A DNA stretch of 64,000 bases from Octopus vulgaris (GCA_951406725.2 OX597818.1:4836001-4900000), one strand, 5' to 3'. Counted from the first letter of the stretch, positions 39,141 to 53,559 are shown. Program-made: numbers and translations. The notes: generated by a model from the letters alone, not told the origin.

Positions 39141-39561
39141 ACATTAAATATATATAAGTACATAACGCATTATATATACATATATATGTGTGTGTGTGTG
39201 TACGCATTATATATACAAATGTATACAAATTATATATATAATTTACAAGTAAATTATGTATAAACTTTACCTTTAAAGGCATTTTTTTGATATGCTGGCC
39301 ATTGATAAAATTTTTTTCCCGAAAAAAAATTTTATCCTATATCAATTACAAATTATATATATATATATATATATATACTTATATATATATACATACAGAT
39401 ATATACACTTTGTATATATACATTATATATACATATTAATGTATAGAACACACACACATATATAAATTAATCCAATAAATATCTGATTCATAATATCTGT
39501 TCTCATGATTATGTGGTGGTGGTGGTGGCGATGATAATTCTCTCTATGAGTGCAGACAAAC

Positions 39562-39562
<1 letters not shown>

Positions 39563-39616
<54 letters not shown>
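39563..39616. repeat. (GA)n microsatellite
   Basis: Direct inspection. Confidence 0.97.
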
Positions 39617-39623
<7 letters not shown>

Positions 39624-40539
39624 ATGTGGGAGAAATAGTGACAGCGCTGGCGAAGGCGGCGGGGGAAAGATAGTAGACGCTGTCAAATGACGTTATAGAG
39701 AGAAAGTAAAAGGAAGGGAGGAAAGAGAGAGAGATGGAGGAAGACAGGCAGATAAGAGAATGAGAGTAGACTTGTCAAAGTGTGCATTTTTTCCCCTAGT
39801 AACCACACCTTTTAAGATAGGGATTTCTAACCTAGCCCACTCACATCCTCACCTCATTTTACATGTCCCTGTAAATTTTGGAGTTAATCTGACGGGATCT
39901 AGTGCCCTTTAACCTGTCCCAATGCCAAAACCAGACAAACAAACTTTTCGCATTTCAGATTTATAGATATTGATTGATGATGATTGATAGATTCGAGCAA
40001 GACTGAAGACATCTGCGCTTATTTTTTCCATATTAGATCTTTTAAGATACAAGTAAGAGAAAACTGATGAAATGGCGTATGTTGCACTTTCTATTGCTTC
40101 TTCCAAATTTAAATTGTGGTTTATATGACTTTCGTTCTCAAGATTTTACAAGAACTTACTTTTTAGTCCTACTCTAGGGAAAACTGTGTAGCCCACTGCT
40201 TGTAAATATTGCTTTTACAATTAATTATAAGATACAGCTCTTTTTTATTTAAGTTCCATTTACAACAAGACTCCGGCATGTCACACTAAAACTTTTTATG
40301 AGATATTTAATATTCCTGTCTTCAAAAGTAGTGTTGTGTTATTTTGTATATTATTTTTTACTCAAAGATATTATCGTACTCAATAAAGAAACGTTATGTA
40401 GTATTAATTTTTATACTGTTTCATTTTCATTGGAATAAGGTATTAGATTTGTAAATTTAGCAATAAACCTTCAAAATGATTCAACATTTCTATGGTTAGT
40501 AGTTGATAAACGAATAATGACTATTATCTATTCATCCAA

Positions 40540-40815
40540 TTTCGACACTGCTTATTCCTGAAAGGGTCATGGTGGTAAAGCCCCGAGGCACATCCTTCAT
40601 AGGATTTTCTCAAAAGCAACCGTCATTACGCTTTCCAGCTGGATTTCCAAGCGTGACAGACTGAGACTATCGAAATTGAACAACTATTTCGACCTCAGTC
40701 TATCTCTAGGGTTCCTGCCAGTCGACTCAGAACCAAGAACCTGTCTTGCGAGCCTTTCCTGACATTCTAACCACCTGTCCGCAGTGTCTGAGCTGTCGTC
40801 TCTCAGTGGAATAGG
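40540..40815 (-). mobile_element. RTE-clade LINE 3' end
   Basis: ERRQLRHCGQVVRM.QERLARQVLGSESTGRNPRDRLRSK resembles the RTE C-terminal QLRWxGHVxRM..GKRPRGRP. Confidence 0.7.
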
Positions 40816-40834
40816 TAGCGGCTATCTGATTCCC

Positions 40835-40915
40835 AAGCTAGCACTCTGCCGAGTAACAATGTAATCGACTGTCCCCTACCCCTAAAATTGCTAGCCTAAT
40901 GCCAAAATGTGAAAC

Positions 40916-40916
<1 letters not shown>
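40835..40916 (+). mobile_element. SINE family B 3' fragment
   Basis: aatgtaatcgactgtcccctacccctaaaattgctagcctaatgccaaaatgtgaaac, followed by (TTA)n. Confidence 0.65.
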
Positions 40917-40963
<47 letters not shown>

Positions 40964-40993
40964 TACTATTACTATTATTATTATTATTATTAC

Positions 40994-41030
<37 letters not shown>

Positions 41031-41060
41031 TTTACTACTACTAATACTATTTTTATTATA
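40917..41060. repeat. (TTA)n microsatellite shared by the SINE tail and the Dong tail
   Basis: Direct inspection. Confidence 0.95.
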
Positions 41061-42950
41061 TGAAAACTCACAGCTTATTTTGCTGGGTATGACAGAAAGT
41101 GTCAGCTGTTCACAGCCAGCAGGCTAAGGTAACACTTCTTTACTGGCCATGCTTCACTAAACCTGCGAAAACTTCTTGGAGTTCCAAGCTATACTGATTT
41201 TTGTAGGTGCTCTACCGTCACACTTGCCCCGATCTTTTCCAGCCATGCTGGTTGTTGAGTGCTAATACCTCCAAGTGTACCAATTACTATTGGTGTCACG
41301 TCTACTCTCTTCATTGACCACTACCTTCTTATTTCCCACTTTAAGTTTACTTTTTCTTCTTTCACGCTGATCCTGTTATCACCGGTGCATGCTATGTCGA
41401 TTATCATATATCCTTTCTTTTTTTTATTCACCACAACAACGTACGGTTTCCTATGTCTGGTCAGGTGATCTTACTGGATCATTACATTCCACAAGATTTT
41501 GCAGTTCTTATTTTCGGTGACCCCTTCTGCAGTTTGCTTATACCGCATCTCTGCTTTTTGTGGGCGATGATTTTCACAGAGCTCCCAATGGATCATTCTT
41601 GCCATATTGTTATGGCGTCGTTTGTATTCGCGCTGTGCCAATTTCAGGCATTCACTAACGATGTACCATACCATTTCACCCCTCTCCCCACACATTCTGC
41701 ATTTGTTACTATCGGTACTGTTGTCAATTCTGCACTTATAATTTTTCCTTAACGCTTGTTCCGGAGCAGCACATATGAGTGCTTCTGTCTCTACTTCAGG
41801 TCAGTCTTCTTCATCCATAGCTCTGTATCTGTTTTGGCGTTCATATCTCTATCAAACTGACTGTACATTTTCTTTTCCTTCCATGCTTATTCTTATAATT
41901 TGTTCATTTCTTGTTTAATGTTTTCTTTAGTTACACAGTTTTCAGTTTTGATGACGCCGGCCTTCTTCGTGTGTTTCAACAGTGGCTCTACGGCATTTTT
42001 TATATACCACCCTATGCTGTTTTTCCCTGATTCGTTACAGTCCCGGCAACTAACAAAACCTCTCTCACCCTTTCTTCTGGACAAGTACAGCCTATCGATG
42101 TTACTCTTAGGGTAGAAGGCTCCGTGTACTGTCAACATTTTGCTGGTCTTGGTATCCATTTTCTTCATTTCTCTCTTTTGCCATTTTATAATTCCTGCTC
42201 AATACCGAAGTGATGCTATCGGCCGTGTATTAACTGCTTGGATTTTATTCCATCCAGTCAATTTAAGCGCAACACCAACCTCAGTCTTCGGAAATACTCC
42301 ATCATCAGTTGCTCTTCCATTTCTTTTTCCATTATCTCATTGCACTCTAGTACACCAAGGTATTTGTATCCTTCCGTCTCAATTTGTTTAATTAAATGTC
42401 TATTCGGTAATTCTATCCCTGCTAGGGACTGTACCTTGCCTCTGTTTAGGTAGATTACTCCGCACTTCTTGTGTCCAAATTCCATTCTAATATCAGTACT
42501 AAAACAGTGGACCGTTTTCACCAAGGAACTCACTTGCGTCTCATCTTTGCAATACAAGTTCAAATTGTTAATGAAGAGGAGGTGTCTGATTGTTTGGGAT
42601 TTTTTCCTTTAGTTGGTACCCCAGGTTCCTTTTCCTGAATACCAAGGTCAGGGGTATCATGCAGAGAACCAAAATCAACGGAGCGGAGATTGAGTATCAC
42701 CCTGGAAGATCCCTCTTCTGATATCCATGGTGACCAATCATTTTCCGTAAGATGTCAGTTCAGTTTTCGGCCCTACCATACTTCTCTTCAGAAAACAAGT
42801 ACATTCTTTGCAATTCGAAACAGAACTAACCACTCGATGATCCCCGAATGTGGAATCATATCATAAGATTTGCGATAGTCCATTCCAGATTTGTTCGTTT
42901 ACAATCTTGCATTACCATTTTGTCTATCAATAGTTGATCTTTGGTATCTT
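41061..42950 (-). mobile_element. R4/Dong-clade non-LTR, RT to 3' end, degenerate
   Basis: GIFQGD, DIRMEFGHKKC, YKYLGVLE, HGAFYPKSNIDRLY, CGERGEMVWYIVSECLKLAQREYKRRH, KILWN, LQKSV*LGT; (AAT)n tail. Confidence 0.88.
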
Positions 42951-43249
42951 ATCTCTTTCTACAGCCTTTTTGTTCCGGCGGTAATATATCTTTCTCATCA
43001 AGAAATTTATACAGTTCTTCTGCAATTCATCCTAAGAGTAACTTCCACATTAACGGGAGGTAAGAAATTGGTTTGTAATTGTCAGCAACTTTCTTTACTT
43101 AACTTTCCAAACGTCTTCACATAGGTGTTGCAGTTTCTCAAAGAAAGTTGATGTGTATATTTTCTATTATTTTTGGAAGCTTATGTTCATATCAGTTTCT
43201 TCTTTTAAGTGAGTCCAAATTGACAAACTATGATCTAGTGTAAATGCTG

Positions 43250-43760
43250 ACCAAGTGCTCATTTGAGGCTTCTATCGAACAGCTTTTACTGAGGTGATTA
43301 ATTGTTTCTCTGGTTCTACTACAAAATGGTAAAAATGATCAGCACCATTTTTAAGAATGCCAGCTTGGTAATTTCTAGTGGGTGGACACTGATCCTGCGA
43401 TGCTACAGTGGAATCCACTATTTCTAAGTTCTGATGCATACATCGACTCGTGGGTGACGTTTGTAACAGCATTAGAATCGTTGAACATTCTAGCGTGCTT
43501 AAATATAGTTTGATTTGTGCTCTTATTTGCTTTGCATTTCATCTAGTTTTACCACAGGTTGAGTGATCTTTAATTTCTGTACACACCTTTGCTTCTATTG
43601 ATATTTAATGTAGTTTCTTGGTACTTCCATGCTTGCAGACAAGTCCAAGAATTCAGATATTCGTGTTCTTTAGGTATATAACTCTATGATTGCAATCTTT
43701 GGTTGAGACTGCATCAATCTATGTCTTCCTTCCTTTCGTATTCGTAATGTGTGAATCAGT
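43250..43760 (-). mobile_element. R4/Dong-clade fragment (post-RT region)
   Basis: VASQDQCPPTRNYQAGILKNG parallels AAQDQSLPTRNYQ in 21166..22116. Confidence 0.6.
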
Positions 43761-43779
43761 TGGTTAACTTCTTTTTCTG

Positions 43780-44060
43780 AATATCCAAGCTTATACAGAG
43801 TGACAGCTTGGCATATACTTACAAAACCAAATGCTCCTATTATTATTGGTATAAATGTAAATTTGTAATCCGGATATAGAAGCTGGAGATTTCAAAGCAA
43901 TTGTCCATAGTTATCGTCTTTCTCGTTCATTTTCAAAGAGATATACAGATCAGCAGGACAGCTGACGGTACATACTTTTTCTTGTCTGTCTCAAACTACA
44001 ATATCCAGTATGTTATGCTTGCGCTTGACATATGTTTTAATGGGAATGTTCCACCAGTAT
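43780..44060 (-). mobile_element. R4-like RLE C-terminal fragment
   Basis: Minus strand LDIVV.D...VSCPAD...KDDNYG..L..E...LYPDYKF.FIPIIIGAFG. Confidence 0.55.
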
Positions 44061-44247
44061 TATTTGTGCTGTGCTGGTATTTGTGTGCGTATTCAATAAC
44101 AGGGGATTCTCTATATTATTTTAGGTGTTTTTCGAATGACATTGTATATTGTTTTTGCGACAACGTCATGTGTATATGTATAAATGTATGTATGCATGCA
44201 GATATGTATGGGTATGTCTGTCAGTCTGTCTGCCTGTCTGTCTGCCC

Positions 44248-44441
<194 letters not shown>

Positions 44442-44689
44442 ATAACGCAAAGGAATTGAAATTTTAAATCCGGGCAGATACCTTACAAGTACTCTGATAA
44501 AATCCTGACTTGGCTAACCACATCTAATGAGAGGAAACATTTAGAATAATCGTTTAAAATAAACAATTAAACTGTACTCCCGTCGATTGGTAAATCTTGA
44601 GCTCGCTTCAATGGATTTGATGCAGAATACAGAGTATATTATCAAGACATAACCCACAGGTTGACAATCCTATACATCTTGTGTGTCAT

Positions 44690-47070
44690 AGCAGTAACAG
44701 GTAAATTCTCCAGATATGAGAAAAAAGAGATGAGTATCAACAGAATAGATTATTTGAGACAGACCAGAGGAGATTTTATAGTCAAATAAATAGTGGACAA
44801 CGAAGTACTGAAGATGAGAAACCTAATGCAGAGGAAGCTAGAAAGTTCTGGAGTAATAATTGGGATAAGCCAGTCAATCATAATGGAGATACAGTATGGT
44901 TAAAGAAAGTGAGGGATGAAATAGTGAATGAGAAGCAGCCAGATCTAAGATTAACTAGTGCATTAATGAGTAAAGTTTTAGGGAAAATGCCAAATTGGAA
45001 GGACCCAGGACCAGATTTAGTTCAAGGGTATTAGCTAAAGACATTCAGTAGTTTGCGTGGGGTGGGGCTGAGGGAACAACATCAGTATTGCCTTAATGGA
45101 GGAATATTATCCGGTTGGATGACTAGAGGGAAGACAATACTCATTATGAAAGATAAGAGCTAGCAAATACAGGTCAATCACCACCATTAGTGTGGAAGCT
45201 GTTAACAGAAATTCTTTCAGAAAAATATTACGAGCACATTGACAACCAGAATTTACTACCAGAAGAACGTTGCAAGAAGAAGGCTAGAGGAACGCATGAT
45301 CTATTATATATAGAGAAAGTTGTTCGAAATGAAGTAGAAGCTAGGAAGAAAAATCTAACAATAGCATGGATAGATTACAGAAAAAAACCTATGAAATAGG
45401 ATAAATGGATGTTTGAGTATATTCAGTATAGCAGACAACATAAGAGAAGCAATTAGCTGTAACATGAAGAAATGAAAAGTAGATCTCTACACACTCTTAG
45501 GGAAAGTTAATATCAAAAGAGGAATTTTCCAGGGGACTCGTTGTCTCCTTTAATATTTGTCATATGTTTGATCCCCCACAGTTTAATATTAAAGAAGGCA
45601 AAGAAAAGGTGTCAGTTCAGAAAAACTAATAGAAAAATTAGCCATTTGCTCTACATGGAAGATTTGAAGCTTTTTAGTAAGACTGAAAAAGAGACAGATT
45701 CCTTAATATGGATTGTAAGACTCTTCAGCAAAGATGCAAGCATGGAATTTGGCATAGATAATCATGAGACGAGGACAGGTCGTCAACAGTGAAGGCATCC
45801 AATTACCAGATGGCCAGACATTAAAATCATTTGAAGGAGGAGAGCGTTATAAGTATTTAGGAGTATTAGAATCTGACAGAATACTAACTACAGAAATGAA
45901 AATGAAAAGTGAGGAGTACATCAGAAAGGTGAGGAAACTAATGAAGTCAAAGCTAAATGGTCCGAATCTAGTGAAGGCTGTAAATACTTCAGCGGTATTA
46001 TTATTTAGTTACTCAGCAGCTTTTGTAGATTGGACAATACCTGAATTAGCAAAGCTAGACAAAAGAAATAGAAAGGAATTGAATATGAATGGAGGACTCA
46101 ACCCAAAGGGGCGGGATTAGCTAGATTATACCTACATAGAAAGGAATGCAGAAGCGGATTAATATCAGTGGAAGACTGCGTGGAGTTAGCTAGAGTAGTA
46201 TATATAGACTCCTAAGTAGGTAATAGGGAAGAAAATTTCTTAAAAGCTGCTAGAATAACAGCAAGACATGGTAAATTCCCAAAGATAGTTGCAGGAAATA
46301 ATAATGAGACATGGTTATGGTTGCAGAAAGGAAACCTGAAGAGCGAGATATAAAGTTTGTTAGTAACTGTACAAGATCAGGCATTAAAGACTCATTGGAT
46401 AAAAGCCAAGTTGAAAAAAACCAAGAAGATTCCCAATGTAGATTGTGCAAATCAAAAGGAGAAATCGTTTCTCATCTAGTAAGTGAATATACCATGCTGG
46501 CACAGAAAGAATATAAGAAAAGACATGACAAACTAAGGGGAGTAGTCCACTGGGAGCTATGTAGAAATCTAGGATTTGAACATATTGATAAATGGTATGA
46601 ACATGAACCTAGCAAAGTACAAGAAAGTAAGAAATATAAGATGTTGTGGGACTTCAACATTCAGACTGACAGAGTAATAGAAGTTAGGTCTGATTTGGTA
46701 GTGGCAGATAAAGAGAATAGAAAATGCCAGTTAATTGTCTTTATAGTTCCACATAATGAAAAACTCAATATGAGAGGTATAGAAAAAATAGCAAAGTACC
46801 AGGACCTAGCTACTGAATTACAGAGACTATGGAAAGAGCGGATAAAATGTATCGCAGTAGTTATAGGTGCATTGGGAACTATCCCTAAAGATATGAACAG
46901 ATGGATAGAGGTAATAGACATAAAACCAAGTTTAGTACAGCTTCAGAAAAGTGTTATTAGGGATAGTTAGCGTACTTAGAGGTTTCTTGGCATCTAAGTC
47001 TTCTTCTTGTAGCCCGATGTTAGGATTCTTCTCTTTTCCAATAGTCGAATCTGTTGAGTGTATATGAAAA
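44690..47070 (+). mobile_element. R4/Dong-clade non-LTR retrotransposon, 5'-truncated, degenerate
   Basis: QQNRLFETDQRRFY, WKDPGPD, NLTIAWIDYRK, GIFQGDSLSP, LLYMEDLKLF, CRLCKSKGEIVSHLVSE, KKRHD, MLWDF, SDLVVAD, EKIAKYQDL, VVIGALG; (TAA)n tail at 47071-47198. Confidence 0.92.
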
Positions 47071-47139
47071 TAATAATAATAATAATAATAATAATAATTG
47101 TGATGATGATGATAATAATAATAATAATAAAAAAAAAAA

Positions 47140-47194
<55 letters not shown>

Positions 47195-47198
47195 TAAT
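47071..47198. repeat. (TAA)n tail
   Basis: Direct inspection. Confidence 0.95.
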
Positions 47199-47892
47199 AG
47201 AAAAAATAACTTTCAAAGACTGGAATAGCTACAATATCCTGCGAGTATTTAAAATTCTCTTCAAAATAAGTTAAGAAATTTACAAATTTACATATCTACA
47301 GTTTTCAAACACACAAACGATCATCTTTAAAAACTTTAATATCCATAAGTGCCTTGAATACTTATCCTTCCCTCTGTAAACATCCCTTTTTTTCTTCTTC
47401 TTTCTAAAAACATCACGCTTTTCTTTCTGTGGACTTACAAAAGACTATCTTTGGTGAATCTTAAAACTTTCTATGAAAATTTGACTTTTCTTTACTTCCT
47501 CTCTGAATATTCAAATATAAATGTAAACATATACTTTTTATTGCATAAACACACCAAATTTTCACTAACTGGACATACAAATATCTCTAGAAAAGTCAAC
47601 TTCAATCTCTACAATATTACCTTTATTTTCTCCCTGTCTACCCGAAATATGCAAACATACTTTTTATTGCAATAACACAAACGCACATGGAAAAAAAATG
47701 ATACTAATAATAGATTCTCTCTGGTCGAACACAACCTCTCTATTCACAAATAATATAGAACAGAGTAACTCGGCCCTTCCTTATTTTTCTTAAGGTTAAG
47801 GTCACTGTTCGCTGCTAGTAGTAGTAGACATTTGAACTTTTTTTGACCGATAGGACCCCATCCCACCTAAAAAAAAATTACATGAGCCACAC

Positions 47893-48140
47893 TTACTACT
47901 ACTACTACTGCTGCAGTTACTATTGCTACTGCTGCTGCTACAACTACGGCCACTACTACTGCTGTTGATGTTGCTGCTACTACTGCTGCTGCTACCACCG
48001 CTGCTGCTACTACTGCTGGTACTAGCACTGCTGCTGCTGCTGCTGTTGCTGCTGTTGCTGCTACTACTGCTGCTGTTGTTGCTGCTGCTAACAATGATAT
48101 TGCTGCTGCTACAACTACTGGGGCGGCTGCTGTTAATGAT
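47893..48140. repeat. mixed (CTG/CTA/TTG)n trinucleotide tract
   Basis: Direct inspection. It gives rise to the poly-A/L ORFs. Confidence 0.9.
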
Positions 48141-48159
48141 GATAAATGAGGCCCCTGTA

Positions 48160-51100
48160 TGAAGATTAGTGGTAATTCTTAACTTAATTTAATTTTACTT
48201 GAAAAGAAAATTTCTAACAGTACACCGAATCGCTTGTCCAATGGTTATACAGGAAGCGCGCCCCTCAGGAGGCTGCCAGCCTGATGGCGAAAAATTTTCA
48301 AATGGCAGAATATCTTCCCCGAATACGAACCTGGAAGGTCACTTAAACGGGATTTGTCCCAAATTAAGGCCCCAAAGTTCACCACCACAACGACCAGAAA
48401 ATCAAAAAAGGAAAAAAACTAAATGGAACCGGGAAGAATATAAAGAAGTAATATATGCTCATTACTTTGCATTAAGTAGGCCAACCCAAGAGAAACACAA
48501 CGCAAACTCCTACAGAGTTTGGAGGAGCCGGAATCCAGCTAGCAGACCAAACCTGGATGAAAAGAGATTAGCAAATGTTAGAAGAGATATCTTCAGAAAT
48601 ACCAGACTCAAGGATGCAGAATTAACTTCTATTAAAAAAGTGGTAGAGAATGACCTAAATGTAAGTCAGGAAAGAATAACTAAGCTGGGGAGAGGAATGT
48701 CGGGCCGCAAGCATTGACTGAAAGGCGACTACCTGTCGAAACGACTCAAGATCCTGAAGAAAAAGGAAAATATAATGACCCTAGAAAAAACAGCCCGGAA
48801 AATGATGTCGAAACAGAGTTTGAAGACCACATGTTTGCTGAACAACACAGAAAATCTATCATTGAAATGAAGCAAGAAGTTCTGAATGAGCTTGCAGTTG
48901 TAGGCCATACAACTATGAATGACAAGGAACCACACAATAAACTCTCCAATGCACACAAACATAAAACACAAATAAAAATTAATTGGCAACTGCGTTACAC
49001 AAGAAATCATTCACCAACTAAAACCCGATCTTAATAAATTAAATGAAATTATTTACTCTGTCGCTAAGGTAATCGAAAGACGCTGTTTAACACCTAAAAA
49101 GCCAACAATACCAAATTCGAAAAGAAAATCAAACTGGAGGAGTAGAATTGAAACTGAAATTGAATCATTGCAAAAGGAGATATCAATATTAACTGAGTTA
49201 ATCTCTGAAAATGATGTAAGATCAAGAAAAGGCAGGAAGATTATGAGAAAATATGGACACTCAACAAGAGAAAGAAACACTTAAACAAAAAGTTCAAGCA
49301 AAAGCTCAGAGAATACGCAGATTTGAGAAAAGAATCAAATTCTACAAACAAAATAAGATGTTCAAATCCAATGCCAAATCATTTTACAGGGAAGTAGGGA
49401 AAGAAAAAATAACCATTGAAAATCCACCCCTAATGGAAGAAGTTGAAAACTTTTGGAAGGGGATCTGGAGTGGTGAGAAACCATACAATGAAAATGTAGA
49501 GTGGATCAAGCGCACCAAAGATGACTACAAAATCTACAAGAACAGGTATGGGAAGACATCTCAATCGCCGACCCAAGGAGGGCACTAACGAAGGCTCATA
49601 AGTGGAAATCTCCTGGTATTGATAGAGTACCAAATTTCTGGCTCTCATCACTCTCGTCCGCACACAAAATGTTAGTAATACTATTTAATAGTATTATGAA
49701 AGACCCCCAAAACACCCCATTGGATGGAAAATGGTATTACTTACCTCCTCCCCCAAAATAACAAAACGAAAGAACCAAAAAACTACCGGCCTATAACATG
49801 TTTATCTACTACCTATAAGATTTTGACATCTATTCTAGTAGAGAAAACATACACGTTTATGGAAGAGAATAACCTCTTTCACACTGAACAAAAAGGATGC
49901 AGACGAGGCTCATACGAATGCAAAGATCAGCTACTAATTAATCGCATGATCCTTGAGAACAGCCATAACAAGCGCAGAAATCTCAGCTCTTCATGGATTG
50001 ATTATAAGAAAGCATTTGACAGCATACCGCATTCGTGGATTCTGAAATCGCTGGACATTTCTCCTGTGATTTCAGATTTTTTAAAGTATAATATATCACT
50101 ATGGAACACGAAGCTCCAATTATATCATTCTAATGGAGCATTGCGCTCAAACAACATTAACATAAACTGTGGAATTTTCCAAGGTGACTCACTTTCACCA
50201 CTAATTTTCTGCATAGCACTAATACCACTCTCAAGTGAACTGAATAGAACAGGATATGGCTACAAAATTGACAACAGGAAAATAAGCCATCTATTTTATA
50301 TGGATGATTTAAAGCTATATGGCAAAAATGATGAAGAGCTTGAAGGATTATTACATACCGTGAAAGGATTCAGTGATGATATCGGGATGGAGTTTGGCCT
50401 TGAAAAGTGTACCAAAGCCACTTTTAAGAAAGGGAAATTGGTAAGGTCTAGTTCAATCGAATTAGATGTCGAAACAGTAATAAAGGAACTTGAGCAGGAA
50501 CAGACCTATAAATACCTAGGAATAAATGAAGGCTCTGGTATCCAGCATACAAGCATGAAAGAGAAGGTTAGGAAGGAATGTTATAGAAGAGTTCGAGCAG
50601 TCCTGAAGTCTGAGCTGAATGCATATAATAAGGCGTTAGCCATAAATTCCTTAGCAGTACCAGTTGTTCTTTATAGCTTCAATGTGCTTAACTGGAATAC
50701 CAGTGAAATAATGAAAATTGACAGAACAATCCCCAAGCTACTGACTTGTAATAAGATGCATCATCCAAAGGCAGACGTGGATCGCCTTTACCTTCCCAGA
50801 GCTCAGGGTGGTCGAGGTTCGATCCAGCTTGAACTTACATACAAAACCACCACAATCGGACTGGCCAAATACCTTGAAACCACCAACTTGTTGAAAAATA
50901 TGAAAGACCGAAAAGTCTTCACTCTATTCTCAAAGAGAGCAAGACATTCGCTGCTGATCTCTTAGATACCCACCAGATTGATCGGGCTGAAGGAAATGTG
51001 CCAACTGCAGCTGCAAAGAAAATAAAATTAATTGCAAAGACAAAAGCACATGAAAATTTAGCTAGCAGATGGGAACAGAAACATCTCCATGGCAAGTATA

Positions 51101-51240
51101 TGGCCCGTAGCAACCAAGCTGATGTCGACCAGAAACACACGCACCAATGGTTACGAAGCTCAGGGCTAAAAGCAGAGAGTGAAGGTTTCATATTAGCTGC
51201 TCAAGACCAAAGCTTATTAACTATCAAGCCAATGTGATAA
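48160..51240 (+). mobile_element. R4/Dong-clade non-LTR, N-terminus through RT, 3'-truncated before CCHC/RLE
   Basis: KWNREEYKEV..RLANVRRDI N-terminal domain; the 413-aa ORF 49724..50965 has a full RT including FYMDDLKLY. The copy ends after AAQDQSL. Confidence 0.95.
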
Positions 51241-53310
51241 ATGATGAGGAGAAAGAGGAGAAGCTCCTGGAAGAGTTGGAGTCTTATCCTTATTGGCGGT
51301 GAGCAGCGTACTTCAAAGCGCGGCAAAATTAACGAAGGTGTCTCAATGTAGCTGACGTGATAGAAATAATTACCAGATTATGTCATAACCGCTTGAAAAT
51401 AGAGTATACATTGTAGGCCTGAGTTATAAAGGAAGATATGGTCTCAACTGGAATACTGGATCAGCCCTGGTAAAATACTTAAACACTGATCAGTGAATTG
51501 AAAGCTTGCAACCAATGTTTAAATATATATCTTTGATGTAAACTGAATTAACTGCACAGTGCTGTTGAAAAAAAATTAAATCTCTTTGGATGCTGACATA
51601 TATTTGTTATTCATGAGTCTTGAATTACAGTTTCAACCGTGAATGATAACTGTTACAAAAGAAGAGTAGTCGGTAAGGAATATCCATCCATAACATAGAT
51701 AATTCTTGTTCCACCCGATCCAGGCTATTGAACTCCGGCTATTACATCGACTCTTAAAAAAGTCTTGTGTGAAAGCTGATCCGAGTGAACTAAATCGATC
51801 ATTCTTCAGATATTTACAGTATCAGAGCCACTAACGCGCATTTAGTCAGTGCTAACATTATAACCCCTTTAATGAACCCCATTTTTAAGTTTGACAATCA
51901 ATTTTTATTGAGGAAAGGTGGAGCAATCTGTTTTGCAGCTTGTCGGATTCATTTTAACGTCTTTTGAAATAAATAATTTAGACATGAATTAGCCAGCTAC
52001 ATTATGCTCTGGCACTATACTTCTGATGACGTTAATCTCGTCGTTATGATACAGAGACCCCTCACACTGACTCTCATGGGATTGAAAACCATCCGATGTG
52101 TATTATACAATACATTGAAAATTACATCCATGATAGGATAAAAGTCAATATTTACCACACCTCTTGATGACTCAATGGAAAGTTACTTGTACAGGACATT
52201 GAATTATAGCTAGACAACGTAGCCGTCAATAGGAAACTCAAGACATGCACCTGCCACTTGCATTATAGAACAATTATAGCGATCATATAAAGATTCGTGA
52301 AAGACTCTGCTATGTCAGAAAATGCCGAAATGGACATTTTAAAGGGAATCATCGTAAGAGTGATGAGGAGTCTGTCACAAATGTGTCAGCCTTAGGAATG
52401 ATGAACACACATCAAACATCCTTGAAACTTATATAGGGGAAACTTTTATAATGAAGATTGAGTGAAAATTTGGAGCGGGTATACTTAGAAGAAACCTATT
52501 TCCTTTTTAAAGCGATGTTTACTAGTTAAATATGATAGTACTGATTCAATGCGGATATCCTGATGGTATATACCTTTCTTATAATGCTAAGCCAAATAAA
52601 TTAATCAGTTTGCATATGACATCGTATAATAACCGTATGTTCAAAATAAGGTAACAAAAACTCGCCAGACACATGAAGTTCAATATATTCTTCAGCCAAC
52701 TAGTGTTGGTGCATTTCTACAGACACAAACACACACTTATGTATATGTGTGTATATAGGTGTGTGTGTAGCCATATGTTTATACTTTTGCGATTTCATAC
52801 AAATAAAATACACTTAGATTTGATTTTGTCGATATTTCTATATGAACATTTGTCTATCACACCTTTTACTTAAAACAATGTAATCTGTAATTCAGAAATA
52901 GTTACTTTTTATGCAATTCTATCACAAGATATTAAAAATATGTCTCATTTATAAATAACAAAAAATTCATTCAATGTCAATTAGGTGACATATGTAAGAA
53001 ATAAGAAGAGAATGGAGCATAACAGAATATTGAAGTGGAACGGTAATAGTAATACATACGTGTTAAGCTATAAACGGAACAAAAGTAAAAAGTTTAATCT
53101 GGGAGTTTAATGGTACATGCTCAATAGGTTAAATTAAATCTATAGAGCAGACTAGTATCATGTGTAAGATTAATGAAAAAAACAAACAAAAAAAACGTAA
53201 GACCTAAAAGATCTTGAAGTGCTGAATATTTTGAAACATAATGAATAAAGGAAAAGTAGAAATAATACATTTCTAAATCTCTCGGAGAGATTTATACAGT
53301 GGTAACACGA

Positions 53311-53559
53311 TAAAGTGGTGGTATGTTGTCAACTTAATGTCACAGTCCTATGAAAGGGAAGAATATTACTGCCATTTAGGCCTAGGAAGCACCGCTGCCT
53401 GTCGACCTTGACACATTTCCTATGACCTTATGTTTACAAATGGGAGAGATAAGTACCTCCACCCAGCGACAGGAAGCTGTGCTTTCTAGGGCTAAATAGC
53501 AGTAGTATTCTTCTCTTTTATGGCACTTCACATTAAGTTGACAACAAACCACCACTTTA
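53311..53559. mobile_element. MITE with ~95-bp terminal inverted repeats and TA ends
   Basis: taaagtggtggtatgttgtcaacttaatgt...gcctgtcg (53311-53404) is mirrored by cgacagg...acattaagttgacaacaaaccaccacttta (53467-53559), with a ~60-bp spacer. Confidence 0.82.

Noticed and set aside
49724-50965. Longest ORF (413 aa) as an active or domesticated reverse transcriptase gene
   Set aside because: Flanking frameshifts and loss of the CCHC/RLE domain indicate an ordinary decayed copy. Nothing here shows selection.
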